Assembly: GCA_950097015.1 (NCBI GenBank)
Contig: CATNEN010000039.1
Location: forward strand, 15,872,001 to 15,936,000
Length of the DNA stretch: 64,000 nt
Reading direction: 5' to 3'
From: Macrostomum hystrix
Lineage: Eukaryota > Animalia > Platyhelminthes
The position numbers were made by a program, and so were the translations under genes. Below the pieces are notes generated by a model. That model had not been told where the DNA came from. It was given only the letters and a program-made list of their open reading frames with translations, and made no database searches. This document shows positions 1 through 12,600 of the stretch, in pieces; within the stretch, counting starts at the first letter, position 1; every line of letters begins with the position of its first letter.

Positions 1-5
1 CTTAC

Positions 6-1893
6 TTGCTATCAACTCGGATCAACTCAGCAAAGACTTCTTCATCAGCCACTGGTCCGTTGGACTCCAACGCCAAAGAGCGCAGATTCGGCATGCGTTC
101 CAAAAGTTGAGCCAGAGTGTCAACGATGCTGACGTCGGCTGCCACGCGCCACAGACTTTTGGTGATGAAAAATAGCGAATTTATACTTGACATTTTACAT
201 GTACTTTTAGGATGGGAAAATGCCGTACTTTTCAGTATGTAAACTGAACATAGCATAAGGAGGGGTACAGTGGCTCCATTAGCCACTGTAGAAACAGGGG
301 GGTAGAAATCCTGAAGGGTGTGGCTTTATTTTTAGAACAATCTACGAAATTGTACATGCGCACGTGGATCTACATTCACTTTCTTTTTCAAAGCTATTTT
401 TAGAAGCGACATGAGCTTTATCTAAGTACATTCACTTTCCGCAACTAGCTATTTTTAGAGCATATGCATTATTTCAACTTTAAACACGAAAATTTTTGTC
501 ACAAAACGAAGTTTAACCAACCCCCAGAGTTCTCACTTGATGCTGTGAAGTTTTTGCAGTTTCTCAAAGCAGCGTCCCAAAGTGAGCAGCATCGGTGCCT
601 GCAGCTTCCAGTCCTTGATGAAGACCTCCGTGACGCTGTCCTGCTTATCCGGATTGTCCATTTCAACTTGAATGCTCGGCTTCATCAGTTCCAAATAGTT
701 TTTCACGATGAATGTCTTCGGCTTGAAGCCAAGCAGTTCCATTACGGCTGTCGAGAAGAAGCGCGTTAGGATTTTTTAAGTTGGCTGACACATCATTTGG
801 TGACACTAGACCCGCAGCAAGCAAGGAGGCAATCCTGCACATTCCGCTGACTCCTGAGCACACACGCACACAGGTGTGTACATCTGCCCTGACTTTCTCA
901 TCGTGAGGCAGTGACACTCTCCCTGTGCTTTGTAGGTTGGCCCTCAAGGGTGTAAATTGTAAAATCTCTAGGAATATAAGTGAGTTAGTATTGGGACCTG
1001 ACACGCGGATAAAACACTGTATTAGTTTCGTTAAATTGGTTTCCATGACAACTGTAGCTTGGTCTCAGTGAAACACGTTTGGTTTACACATGTGAAAATA
1101 CGAAGTCTGAAAAACATGGATTCGACACGATCGAATGCTCAGATAGGTAACTCACTAATTAAAAAAAAATACAAGGGATAATTTTTTGAGGCAACGAAAA
1201 CTCCTGGCAAGTATTTTTACCCCAATCATCCAGCGGCTGCCCTCGTTCGTCGTCTGATTCTGAGTCTGGGAATATTTCGCCGCGTTAGAGGTTTGAGCTT
1301 TTGTTTTTTAATTTTTAATTCTATTATTACTCGTCGTCAGTTCGCCGGCGAGTAAGCTATTCTGCTACCCCTAAGATGACACAGATTTTTCATCGAGAGG
1401 CGTCTCAGTCTCACCTTTCTCCTCTGGCGACTCCTCCTCAGGCTCAGCCAGCTGCTGCTGCTGTTGCTGTGCGGCGGCCTTCTTGTCCTCCTTGCCCTTC
1501 TTGCCAGTCGGCACCTGGGCATGCTCGATCTGTGTGGACGACGCGTAGAATAATTAATTACAGAATTATTTAAACTAAGGATAAAATAATTATTGCATCA
1601 TTCAAACAAAAATTCCGCTCCACCTTGTCGGGCGAAGTGGGTCTCTTGGCTCGCAGCACAACAGGCGGAGGCCGGCATATTTCTGCTTCTTTGCACAGCT
1701 CAGCAAAATCCGTCTGAAAGTTTCCAGTTGGCTGGTACGGGTCTGTAAAGAAATAATTGAATAGTCTTTGCAATATAAAATTATAACAAAGCTGATAAAA
1801 CGCTAGTTCAAAATGTCCGGGCCGCCTACCCGGCTCCTTGTCGTCCGGTTCTTCGCTGCGCGCAGATCTTTCGCTTTTTTTTGCTCGGCCCAT
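6..1893 (-). CDS. LRRC71: LRRC71-like leucine-rich repeat protein, 5' part (gene continues beyond the left edge)
   Basis: Phase-consistent GT-AG exons at 1893-1830, 1742-1624, 1529-1415, 747-537 and 155-6. The spliced protein contains YQPTGNFQTDFAELC, PSIQVEMDNPDKQDSVTEVFIKDWK and HSINLWRV...LRSLALESN. These match my recollection of human LRRC71 (TDFAELC, PTIQVELEQ, KEIYIRGWK, AINLWKV). Confidence 0.8.
785..960 (-). mobile_element. Dispersed SINE-like repeat, family B copy (intronic)
   Basis: Reverse complement aligns with 56190-56370 and 18085-18212 (gatgagaaagtcagggcagatgtacacacc ... ctcaggagtcagc ... tagtgtcacc). Confidence 0.7.
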
Positions 1894-4324
1894 CTGAAGT
1901 AGCTTAGCCGCGCTGAAAAATAAATTTGAATGCAAAGGTGAGGCAGAGGTGAGGAAAGCTCATCAATTAAAATAAAATAAAAATATAAAACTTAAAACAT
2001 TTTTCATCCGTTTTTTTCTTTATTAGCTCATGCTGTCGGAAAAATGAACACAGTATGTTGGTTAAACCTTAGTGCTCCAATTTTTAATTGCTAAAACACA
2101 AAGTTACTAAATAATGTTGTAGTATACATGATGTAGTAGTATACATAACCATAATCAATGATATGTTGGTTATGGTTTTATGTTGTTATATATTCACCCA
2201 TACAACTTCATAATAGGTTTTCTTCTTGACATATTTTTATGTGTATGAATGAGCTCTACAACAATGAAATAACATGTTTATGAAATAGCATGACAAATTA
2301 GTACTTTAAATTTGCATCTTGATAGAATAAAAAAATAAAAATAGCAGTTATAAAGAATTTTTATGCAGTTCATTTGAGTGTAACTGATTTCGTGTGTTTA
2401 AAGAAGTAAACCCACTTCTGAAAACTTAATTATACATGACTATGTACTTGCAATGCGAAAGGAAATAAGCAGCGTATGTAGCACTTCTATTAGTGCTAGA
2501 ATTATCTAGAATAACTATATAGAAAGCAACAGACTATGATACATTTACATAAACTAGCTTTAAATTAGCTTAAAATGCTTTTGTATGTCATAGTAAATAA
2601 AAGCATTTTACATGAAAGTTAGTTTTTTTTAGTATTTGGTAGGCATTTTATTAATCTTCTGGAAGCAATTTCCAACTTTGCTTAATTTTATTGGGACGAA
2701 ATGAATTTGGGCTTCAAAAGCGAGATATTAATGTATCGGAAAATTAGCAAGGTCATTCGGCTATTTGAAACAGTAAAAAATTCATATGACATTGTTTTAA
2801 ATTAACTAATCCTTAAAATTGCGTATTGATACTTATACTTTTTGTCTCAATCAGCGAGTTAAAGACTGCAAAGAATTTAATTCGCTAGTTAAAAAAAGTC
2901 AAATCTGCACGGTATCTTTACCTTGACGATAAAGGCAGACAAACAAAGTGTTAAGACTTTTAAGGAGTTGAAACAGACTAAGCCTAATTTGTATTTTAAA
3001 AGTTTACGGAAAATGCCGCTATTATCTTTATATTCATCTCTATACTGCTTCAGCAAATTCTTAAACGACATTTAAAGTGAGGGACGGACCACTTATAGAA
3101 TCACCAATGTAGTATATTATAATTACAGTTGGTCCTGGATTTAAACTTCAATATTGTATTTATTTTAATAGCTAACTTCATAGAAAACCCTACTGTATGA
3201 CGGCATTCGGATTGTATAAAAGTACCCTGTACGTACAGAACATACATTTATGAACATATATATGTATTTTTAGATACAGAAAATACAGTTTGCGATAATA
3301 TTCCCAAAAAACCTCACATTTTTTTTCAAATTTAACCAGAGTTAAGTGTCTAGCTAGCTTTCCGCAGGTAAAATGTTTTCTTGCAGTGTCATTTTTGTTA
3401 GAATTCTTAAGTTTAATAAATATGAATCTCATAATTCGGGTTTCGATAAATTTTTGTCAAGACCCAATAAACTAATCTAACATAATCTATTGGAATACAA
3501 TCATACCGGTGATTTTGCAACAGCGAAAATGCAAATTTAACTCCCATATGCTTCCTTGATTCGAGTGCACTTTATAGCAATGCTTCCGTGAGTAGCGCAA
3601 TCACTTTGAGCAGTTCTAATGGCACTCATGGGCATTCTGCTTTCAGCTATTTTCTTCGTCATGTACCTTAGGTCCATCACCAACTGCCAGACACCGCAAA
3701 GGTCTTCCTGGATCAAGGATCAATTCCAATGACTTCAGTCGATGCGCCAGCTGCTATTGACCGCGTTTCAGCGGCCGGACCTCTCCCTCCAATGCACCAT
3801 GAGGGCGTCGACGACCACGGGCGCGTTTTGGTGGCGCAGTTAAACAAGTTCAATTACCAGAACTTGGTAATCTGGTTGGGCCAGGGGGATGAGGACCTTT
3901 AGCTCTTTTCAAACTAAAAAATGGGCTTATTTCAATTCATAAAATTCGATGTCAAATGTCTATAGCGCGTAAATTAGGGCCGTAAATGAATTAGTAACGC
4001 CATTTATGTCCACAGAACTCGAAAAAGACTAAGAATTCGGGACCATATAGAATGTTTGTGATAAACCATGTCAAGTCTGCAAATTGTCGATAATGATTTG
4101 GGCCATTGTCTACTGTTAGTTAGTCCCTAATTTAGTTAGTCTAGTTTGTAGTTTGCAGGCAGAGTGAGTTAGTACACTTGTTTACTGCACATTTCAAAAG
4201 ATGGCTTGTTTAGCTTATTTAACACCTGCTCCCACTGAGCTGAAATAGGGGAATAGGATGCGGGCGGGCTAACAGAAAATGACTAGTTTCGAGATTTGGC
4301 CTCAGCGTGAGTATGTAGAACCTG

Positions 4325-4455
4325 CAGCTGAGGGACACACTCCCTGACTTACTCATTGTCAGGCAGTGTACAGTTGCACTGTGCCTTGAAGATCAAGGGC
4401 TTAAATTGCACGACAAGCCTCCAAATGGCTTCCCTCCGCGGCTGCGCCCCGAATA
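4325..4455 (-). mobile_element. Dispersed SINE-like repeat, family B partial copy
   Basis: Reverse complement ggggcgcagccgcggagggaag...ggcttgtcgtgcaattta...actgcctgacaatgagtaagtcaggg matches 56137-56257. Confidence 0.7.
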
Positions 4456-4669
4456 AGTGTGGCCTCGCCGCGAAATCGAGCTCAGGGACGTTAAATGTTG
4501 AGAGAGACAAACTTCTTAACTTTTTTAAAACAGTTTTAAGTAGAAAACTGTTACTGTACTGTTGAAATAAACTGTTACAAAAATCAATACTATTGAATGA
4601 ACTGCATTTGCTAAAACGAATTAAAAAAAACTGTTAAATCAAACGGAGGTGTCTCCGTTTTTCCGCCTC

Positions 4670-5019
4670 AAAATCCGCCTCAATTTTTTCCTCCCGTATG
4701 TCTCTCATCCCCTGAAGTCTTCATCGGCCTGGCACTTTTCTCCAGCTAGTGAATCTGAATCTACACTGCCAGCGGCCTATAGAAAAAGTTCTTCTACAAG
4801 AAAATTATTGTAGAACATTTTTGCACTCAATTTTTGGGCAGCAAAGAGAGGTGGAATAAAAATAGTAAAATTCACGGCGCTTAAGGGCACAAATTGGGGG
4901 TTGTGGAAGGCAGCGCACACGCACGTGTTGCAGGAAGTCCCCATTTGAAAAATCCGCCCAATTTTTTCCTCCCGTATGTCTCTCATCCCATGAAGTCTTC
5001 ATCGGCCTGGCCTGGCACT
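4670..5019 (+). repeat. ~65-bp direct repeat pair upstream of the RGS gene
   Basis: aaaatccgcc..caattttttcctcccgtatgtctctcatccc.tgaagtcttcatcggcctggc occurs at about 4670-4736 and 4948-5019. Confidence 0.85.
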
Positions 5020-5601
5020 CGCGCTGCTGCTATCTCGTTTCGATTCCCACCTGCTAAGCGGCCCTTGACCGCACGCACACACACACACACACTTACACTC
5101 AGCAATCTGCTCTGCCACATCCTGCTCCGCGCCCGTGTCAGCCTCGTGCGCTCCATGCGCGTCATCGCGTTTCCTAGGCAACTAATCTTTAAGCAGTGGC
5201 CTATCTCCGCCATTTCTATCTCCGAGTCTTTCCCTGCCTTCTCTCCCTCTCTCTCTCCCTCTCTCTCTAGTTTCGAGCGAGGCGAGGGTTGGGCAAACAG
5301 ATTGAGGATTTGAGAGAGCGCACGCAGCCAGGTAAGGAAACGAGGATGAGGAGGTTGAAAATGAAGGAAGAGAGGCGGGGCGGACATTGCGGACGGATTT
5401 TAGGGGACCGCGAGTTTTTAGGAGCAGCAGATTAAAGGGAGGCATGCAGCCGACCAAGGTAAAAAGCAGCGAAAATTCAAGATTAGGGATAAGAACAAGG
5501 GATTGAAGCACGACAATTTGAAGGTACAAAAGCAGACAAGCTGCTCCTTGCAATCAAATCCCCCAGTCAGTCAGGTCTGCTCTGCCCCTTCCAAATTGCG
5601 G

Positions 5602-7993
5602 ATGGCAGATCAGGTCGGTTCTCAAAGCAATGAGGCAGACAGCGAGAATCAGCTGAGCTCAGCGAATCCCTACAGAAACTTGTCCGTTGTCAGGCGCATC
5701 GAGCGGCTCGTTGAAGCCATGCAACATCCGGACACCGGCGTCACATTCAAGGCTCAGAAGGCCTTCCTGTCGACGGTGCCAGCGGCAGTCAGCGGCAGCG
5801 ATCTAGTCGCCTGGGTTCGCAACCGTCTGGCCGCTGTTGGCGAGAGCCACCAGGAAGCCGCCCATATCGCCAGCCTGCTGTGTGTGTACGGCTACATCTA
5901 CCCGCTGGCCGAAGGACACTCGCTGCTAGTGAAGGACGAATCGACCAGTTTGTACCGGTTTCAGGCGCCCTACTTCTGGCTGTCCGTGTCCGGCCGCCCG
6001 GACAATGTCGATTACGCAATTTATCTCACCAAGCGAATGATTCGCAGTAAACAGAAGAGCGGCTTCGAGGAGTACGAGAAGGCTGCGCTGGCGAGGCTGC
6101 AGAAGCTGCTGGCCGACCGATGGCAGTTCATCGCCCTGCAGGCCGAGGAGGAGCTGAAGCTGGCCAGGGAGAGAAAGAAGAATGACCGGATGGTCCTGGA
6201 CATGCAGGTGGGGACTGCGACATTGGCGATGAGATACATCAGACTGGATATAGCCCTTCGAGATGAGACGGATAAGAAACTGGAGATGAGATTCATAATA
6301 ATATATATGAGATACGAGATTAAAGATGCAAGTAAATGTATTCCAAATCAGATGGATGACATGGAAGATGAGGTTTATGAGATCGTAGATGAGGTTTATG
6401 AAATTAGAGGCCTGAGAAGGTCAAGCTTTGAGATGGATCAAAACACCATCCTTGAATCCTTCGCAGGAGCGAGCGTACTGGCGCGTTCATCGCCCACCGC
6501 CCGGCCACATGAACCCCGTTGATCATCCGCTGCAGCGGCATTTCAACGACGGCCAAATGCAGCGTCGAATGGCTCGCGGCCGCGAGCAACAGCAGCAGCA
6601 GCACGATAGGCACATGCTCCTGCGCCTCGAGAAGCAGCGGCTGCAGCTGGAGGCGTCGCTGCAGAGCTCCGTGGCTCAGTCGGGTAACGCGGCAAACAAT
6701 GCCTCGGTGTCTGTTCCAAGTGGAGGCGGAGGGCACAAGTCCATGGACAGCATCGTGTCGTCCTACGAGCAGACGAAAGTGTTCGATTGGTTTCTGAGCT
6801 CGCCGGCTTTCGCCGAGGCGGTCCAGGCCACGGCGGCGATTTCTGGAGACGAGCAGGCGACACCGACGACTCAGCCGGGGGTCGGCGTCGCCTCTCCGTG
6901 GCTGCAGGACGACCAGACGGCATTTTTTGCCTGTCAGGGCACCGGCGAGAGCGGCCTGACGCCGAAGCAGGTGAAACTGTGGGGCACCAGTTTCGACTTT
7001 CTGCTGCGCGACCCGGCCGGGCGTGAGTACTTTAGGCACTTCCTGACTCGCGAGTTCAGCTCGGAGAACCTGCGTTTCTGGCTGGCCGTGCAGGACTACA
7101 AATTCGGCCCATCGAGCCAGCTCCATGCCCGCATGGACAGCATCTTCGCCGAGTTCCTGGCCTCGGGCGCTCCCTCCGAGATCAACATCGACTCGAGAAC
7201 GATGTTAGCCACGCAGCGCGGCATGCAGGAGGCCGGCAGGTTCAGTTTTGAAGAGGCCCAGGAGCACATCTATATGCTGATGAAGAAGGACAGCTATCAG
7301 CGCTTCCTGAGGTCCGAGGACTATCGCTGCCTGCTGCAGGCCTCCACTGACAGGCACGGCCAGCAGGTGCCCAAGACCAAGAAGGCGGCGTTCAGCTTCG
7401 TCAAACGACAAGGCGGCGGCAGCGGCGGCGTCGGTTTGAGCAGCAAGAACCGCACGGAGACAATGAGCAGCAATGAGACCAGCAATAGCAATGGCAGCAA
7501 GCCGGCGACGCGCAGTAATCCGGTGGTCATTGTGCAAATGCAGCAGCAGCTCCAAGCCGCAAGACACGGCGGCGGCCCATCAACTTCCTACGGCATGGCC
7601 GGACGAGGCACCATCGACGAAGTGACTCCCTGGGAGTCGGACAATCAAGTGACACCCTGGGAGATGTCGACCGCGGCTCCTTCAATGGCTCCGGTGGAGA
7701 ATCCCGTGGCTCCGTGGGAAACGTCAGCGAGCGCGCCTCCGAAGCCTTCGATTGCTCCGGCGGCTGCGCCGGCCAGAGAGAGATCCACGAGCGTTGTCGC
7801 CGAGAATCCAGTGGCTCCGTGGGAGTCGGAAACGAACAACCCGGAGAATTCCGTGACTCCTTGGGAGGCCAGCCAGCCGGCACAGGCGGAGCAGCAGAGC
7901 GCGGTGACGCCGTGGGAGAACGCCGACAATAACCCGGACAATCTTGTCACGCCGTGGGAGAAACCGCAAAATGAGGTTACTCCATGGGAATAA
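5602..7993 (+). CDS. R7-family regulator of G-protein signalling (RGS6/7/9/11, EGL-10/EAT-16 like): DEP-DHEX-GGL-RGS plus a PWE-repeat tail
   Basis: Exons 5602-6207 and 6467-7993 (cag|gtgggg, tcgcag|gag, phase 0). DEP/DHEX: GSDLVAW, YRFQAPYFW, DYAIYLTKR, QERAYWRVHRPPPG. GGL: YEQTKVFDWFL...SPWLQDD. RGS box: DPAGREYFRHFLTREFSSENLRFWLAV...EINID...AQEHIYMLMKKDSYQRFLRS. Confidence 0.93.
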
Positions 7994-8394
7994 TTGAAAC
8001 AAGGAGTCAAGACAGATTTTTTCATCGGAAAACATATTATTTTTAAGAGGCTGACAAGCGTTGAGTCTGATGGACTTGATGCACGAGTATTTCGAATATC
8101 TCAGATAAGAATCTTAAAGCTGCGTATGCAAATCTGTTAGGCCACACTCACTCTGATTTGCTTATGTTAATATTGTCGCTTAGGTACATAGTACACACCT
8201 TTAGCTTAGACTTATCGGCTTCTACATTTTGTATAGCTAATCTAGCAGTTCTTTTGCGTATTGATTCCTGTGCAGTAAGCAATATTTTTAAACATTCCAC
8301 TCTGCATACATCTCACTAGAGGTCATATTAAAGGAAACGCACCTTCATTCAGATTAGACACGAGCAGATCAACTTTATATCTGAGCACTAAACA

Positions 8395-8803
8395 GTACTG
8401 AAGTACTTGCGCACTTAAATAATTGAGTAATTGAGAGCATAATTACATTAGTACGTGTGTACTTGGGTGCTTGAGTACGTGTACTTTTGTACTTTAGTAC
8501 ACGTACTTTTGTACTTTAGTACACGTACTTTTGTACTTTAGTACACGTACTTTAGTACTTAAGCACGTGTGTACTTGAATACTTAAGTACGTGAGTACGC
8601 GAGCAAGCCAGTATAGGCTTTAGAGTTGTAGTCTTTAAGTACTTAAGTACGTGTGTACTTGAGTACTTAAGTACGTGTGTACTTGAGTACTTAAGTACGT
8701 GTGTACTTGAGTACTTAAGTACGTGTGTACTTGAGTACTTAAGTACGTGAGCACGCGAGCAAGCTAGTATAGGCTTTAGAGCTTTAGTCTTTGAGTACTT
8801 AAG
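8395..8803. repeat. Palindrome-rich minisatellite (24-bp gagtacttaagtacgtgtgtactt and related units)
   Basis: Tandem units seen directly; each contains the perfect palindrome gtacttaagtac. Confidence 0.9.
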
Positions 8804-9486
8804 TGAGTAACTCCCTGAACAGGTCTGTATGCACAAGCAGCATTGCAAAGGATTTAATTATTTGGTTGAGCGCATATTTTAGCCTAAATTTTAAAGTAAC
8901 TTTTCTTGCTCTTAATGAAAGAAGCAAATCTGTTCAAACACTAGCTGTTGCAAAGGTAAACACGGCGAAACACAGCAAAATAAACCTTGAATAAAGGCTA
9001 GCCTGGTATTATTTTAAAGAAATCTCAACTTGCGCCCTATCCGGCTAAGTTATGACCGTTCCTCAAGTCAGTTTCTATTTTCAGATCTAATGCTCAAATA
9101 CAAATTGTACCTGGTCGATGTTCTAATATACGTTAATTTTTTGAAGCGAGGAATAAGATCAAAGCCTGCTCGGTTGGGATCAGGAACCTTTCTAGAATCC
9201 CGATTTTACAAACTAAGTACACATGGGCAATATTAACGCACTGAGGAACATATTCTAGCGAATAGGAATAACTACCTGAGTTACTGTGCTCAACCTTGTC
9301 TGAGTAGGATGAAAAAAGGTAAGCCAAATATGAGTTATTCAATACTAGCTAAACAGGCACGCCCATAAAATAAGTAGTCTGCTCAACTTGGACTCATATT
9401 ATATCACGTAGGAGTGAGTTTTAGACGTAAGTAGAGGCCCGGTGCTATGGTTGTCAGTCATGAAAAGTACCTCGAGCCACAGTTAA

Positions 9487-9640
9487 CACTAGAAAGATAG
9501 ATGGAGGGATATTTTAAATGCCCGCATTTTTTTTCTACATCTCCTAAAATAGTTAGCCAATCGCCATGAAAATCCTGGTCGCCTGAACAACATTTTCCTC
9601 TCTCTCAGATAAAACAATTTCCAGAATCACAGCACTTTCA
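9487..9640 (+). mobile_element. Truncated copy of the CAGTAGAAAG-TIR MITE family
   Basis: cactagaaaga...ttaaatgccc.catttttt...ccaatcgccatgaaa matches the left ends at 16152 and 25258; no right end is visible before the satellite. Confidence 0.6.
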
Positions 9641-9671
9641 CAAATATTCACAAATATTCACTAATATTTAC

Positions 9672-12600
9672 ATAACTCACAAAGCGAGGGGATAATTCAC
9701 AAAGCGAGGGGATAATTCACAAAGCGAGGGGATAATTCACAAAGCGAGGGGATAATTCACAAAGCGAGGAGATAATTCACAAAGCGAGGGGATAATTCAC
9801 AAAGCGAGGGGATAATTCACAAAGCGAGGGGATAATTCACAAAGCGAGGGGATAATTCAAAAAGCGAGGGGATAATTCACAAGGCGAGGGGATAATTCAC
9901 AAAGCGAGGGGATAATTCACAAATCGAGGGAATAATTCACAAAGCAAGGGATAATTCACAAAGCGAGGGGATAATTCACAAAGCGAGGGATAATTCACAA
10001 AGCGAGGGGATAATTCACAGAGCGAGGGGATAATTCACAAAGCGAGGGGATAATTCACAAAGCAAGGGGATAATTCACAAAGCGAGGGGATAATTCACAA
10101 AGCGAGGGGATAATTCACAAAGCGAGGGGATAATTCACAAAGCGAGGGGATAATTCACAAAGCGAGGGGATAATTCACAAAGCGAGGGGATAATTCACAA
10201 AGCGAGGGGATAATTCACAAAGCGAGGGAATAATTCACAAAGCAAGGGGATAATTCACAAAGCGAGGGATAATTCACAAAGCGAGGGGATAATTCACAGA
10301 GCGAGGGGATAATTCACAAAGCGAGGGAATAATTCACAAAGCGAGGGAATAATTCACAAAGCGAGGAGATAATTCACAAAGCGAGGGGATAATTCACAGA
10401 GCGAGGGGATAATTCACAAAGCGAGGGAGTAATTCACAAAGCAAGGGGATAATTCACAAAGCGAGGGGATAATTCACAAAGCGAGGGAATAATTCACAAA
10501 GCGAGGAGATAATTCACAAAGCGAGGGGATAATTCACAAAGCAAGGGGATAATTCACAAAGCGAGGAGATAATTCACAAAGCGAGGGGATAATTCACAAA
10601 GCGATGGGATAATTCACAAAGCGAGGGAATAATTCACAAAGCGAGGAGATAATTCACAAAGCGAGGGGATAATTCACAAAGCAAGGGGATAATTCACAAA
10701 GCGAGGGGATAATTCACAGAGCGAGGGGATAATTCACAAAGCGAGGGGATAATTCACAAAGCGAGGGGATAATTCACAAAGCGAGGGGATAATTCACAAA
10801 GCGAGGGGATAATTCACAAAGCGAGGGGATAATTCACAAAGCGAGGGGATAATTCACAGAGCGAGGGGATAATTCACAAAGCGAGGGGATAATTCACAAA
10901 GCGAGGGGATAATTCACAAAGCGAGGGGATAATTCACAAAGCGAGGAGATAATTCACAAAGCGAGGGAATAATTCACAAAGCAAGGGATAATTCACAAAG
11001 CGAGGGGATAATTCACAAAGCGAGGGATAATTCACAAAGCGAGGGGATAATTCACAGAGCGAGGGATAATTCACAAAGCGAGGGGATAATTCACAAAGCA
11101 AGGGGATAATTCACAAAGCGAGGGGATAATTCACAAAGCGAGGGGATAATTCACAAAGCGAGGGGATAATTCACAAAGCGAGGGGATAATTCACAGAGCG
11201 AGGGATAATTCACAAAGCGAGGGGATAATTCACAAAGCAAGGGGATAATTCACAAAGCGAGGGGATAATTCACAAAGCGAGGGGATAATTCACAAAGCGA
11301 GGGGATAATTCACAAAGCGAGGGGATAATTCACAAAGCGAGGGGATAATTCACAAAGCGAGGGGATAATTCACAAAGCGAGGGGATAATTCACAAAGCGA
11401 GGGGATAATTCACAAAGCGAGGGATAATTCACAAAGCGAGGGGATAATTCACAAAGCAAGGGGATAATTCACAAAGCGAGGAGATAATTCACAAAGCGAG
11501 GGGATAATTCACAAAGCGAGGGGATAATTCACAAAGCGAGGGGATAATTCACAAAGCGAGGGGATAATTCACAAAGCGAGGGGATAATTCACAAAGCGAG
11601 GGGATAATTCACAAAGCGAGGGGATAATTCACAAAGCGAGGGGATAATTCACAAAGCGAGGGGATAATTCACAAAGCGAGGGGATAATTCACAAAGCGAG
11701 GGGATAATTCACAAAGCGAGGAGATAATTCACAAAGCGAGGGGATAATTCACAAAGCGAGGGGATAATTCACAAAGCGAGGGGATAATTCACAAAGCGAG
11801 GGGATAATTCAAAAAGCGAGGGGATAATTCACAAGGCGAGGGGATAATTCACAAAGCGAGGGGATAATTCACAAATCGAGGGAATAATTCACAAAGCAAG
11901 GGATAATTCACAAAGCGAGGGGATAATTCACAAAGCGAGGGATAATTCACAAAGCGAGGGATAATTCACAAAGCGAGGGGATAATTCACAAAGCGAGGGA
12001 TAATTCACAAAGCGAGGGGATAATTCACAAAGCGAGGGGATAATTCACAAAGCGAGGGGATAATTCACAAAGCGAGGGGATAATTCACAAAGCGAGGGAA
12101 TAATTCACAAAGCGAGGGGATAATTCACAAAGCGAGGGGATAATTCACAAAGCGAGGGGATAATTCACAAAGCGAGGGATAATTCACAAAGCGAGGGGAT
12201 AATTCACAAAGCGATGGGATAATTCACAAAGCGAGTGAATAATTCACAAAGCGAGGGGATAATTCACAAAGCGAGGGGAAAAATTACAAAGCGAGGGGAT
12301 AATTCACAAAGCGAGGGGATAATTCTCAATGCGAGGGGATAATTCACAAAGCGAGGGGATAATTCACAAAGCGAGGGATAATTCACAAAGCGAGGGGATA
12401 ATTCACAAAGCGAGGGGATAATTCACAAAGCGAGGGGATAATTCACAAAGCGAGGAGATAATTCACAAAGCGAGGGGATAATTCACAAAGCGAGGGGATA
12501 ATTCACAAAGCGAGGGGATAATTCACAAAGCAAGGGGATAATTCACAAAGCGAGGGGATAATTCACAAAGCGAGGGGATAATTCACAAATCGAGGGAATA

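Noticed and set aside
6208-6466. Read-through part of the 5503-6522 ORF
   Set aside because: It is an intron: removing it restores the conserved DMQ-ERAYW junction.
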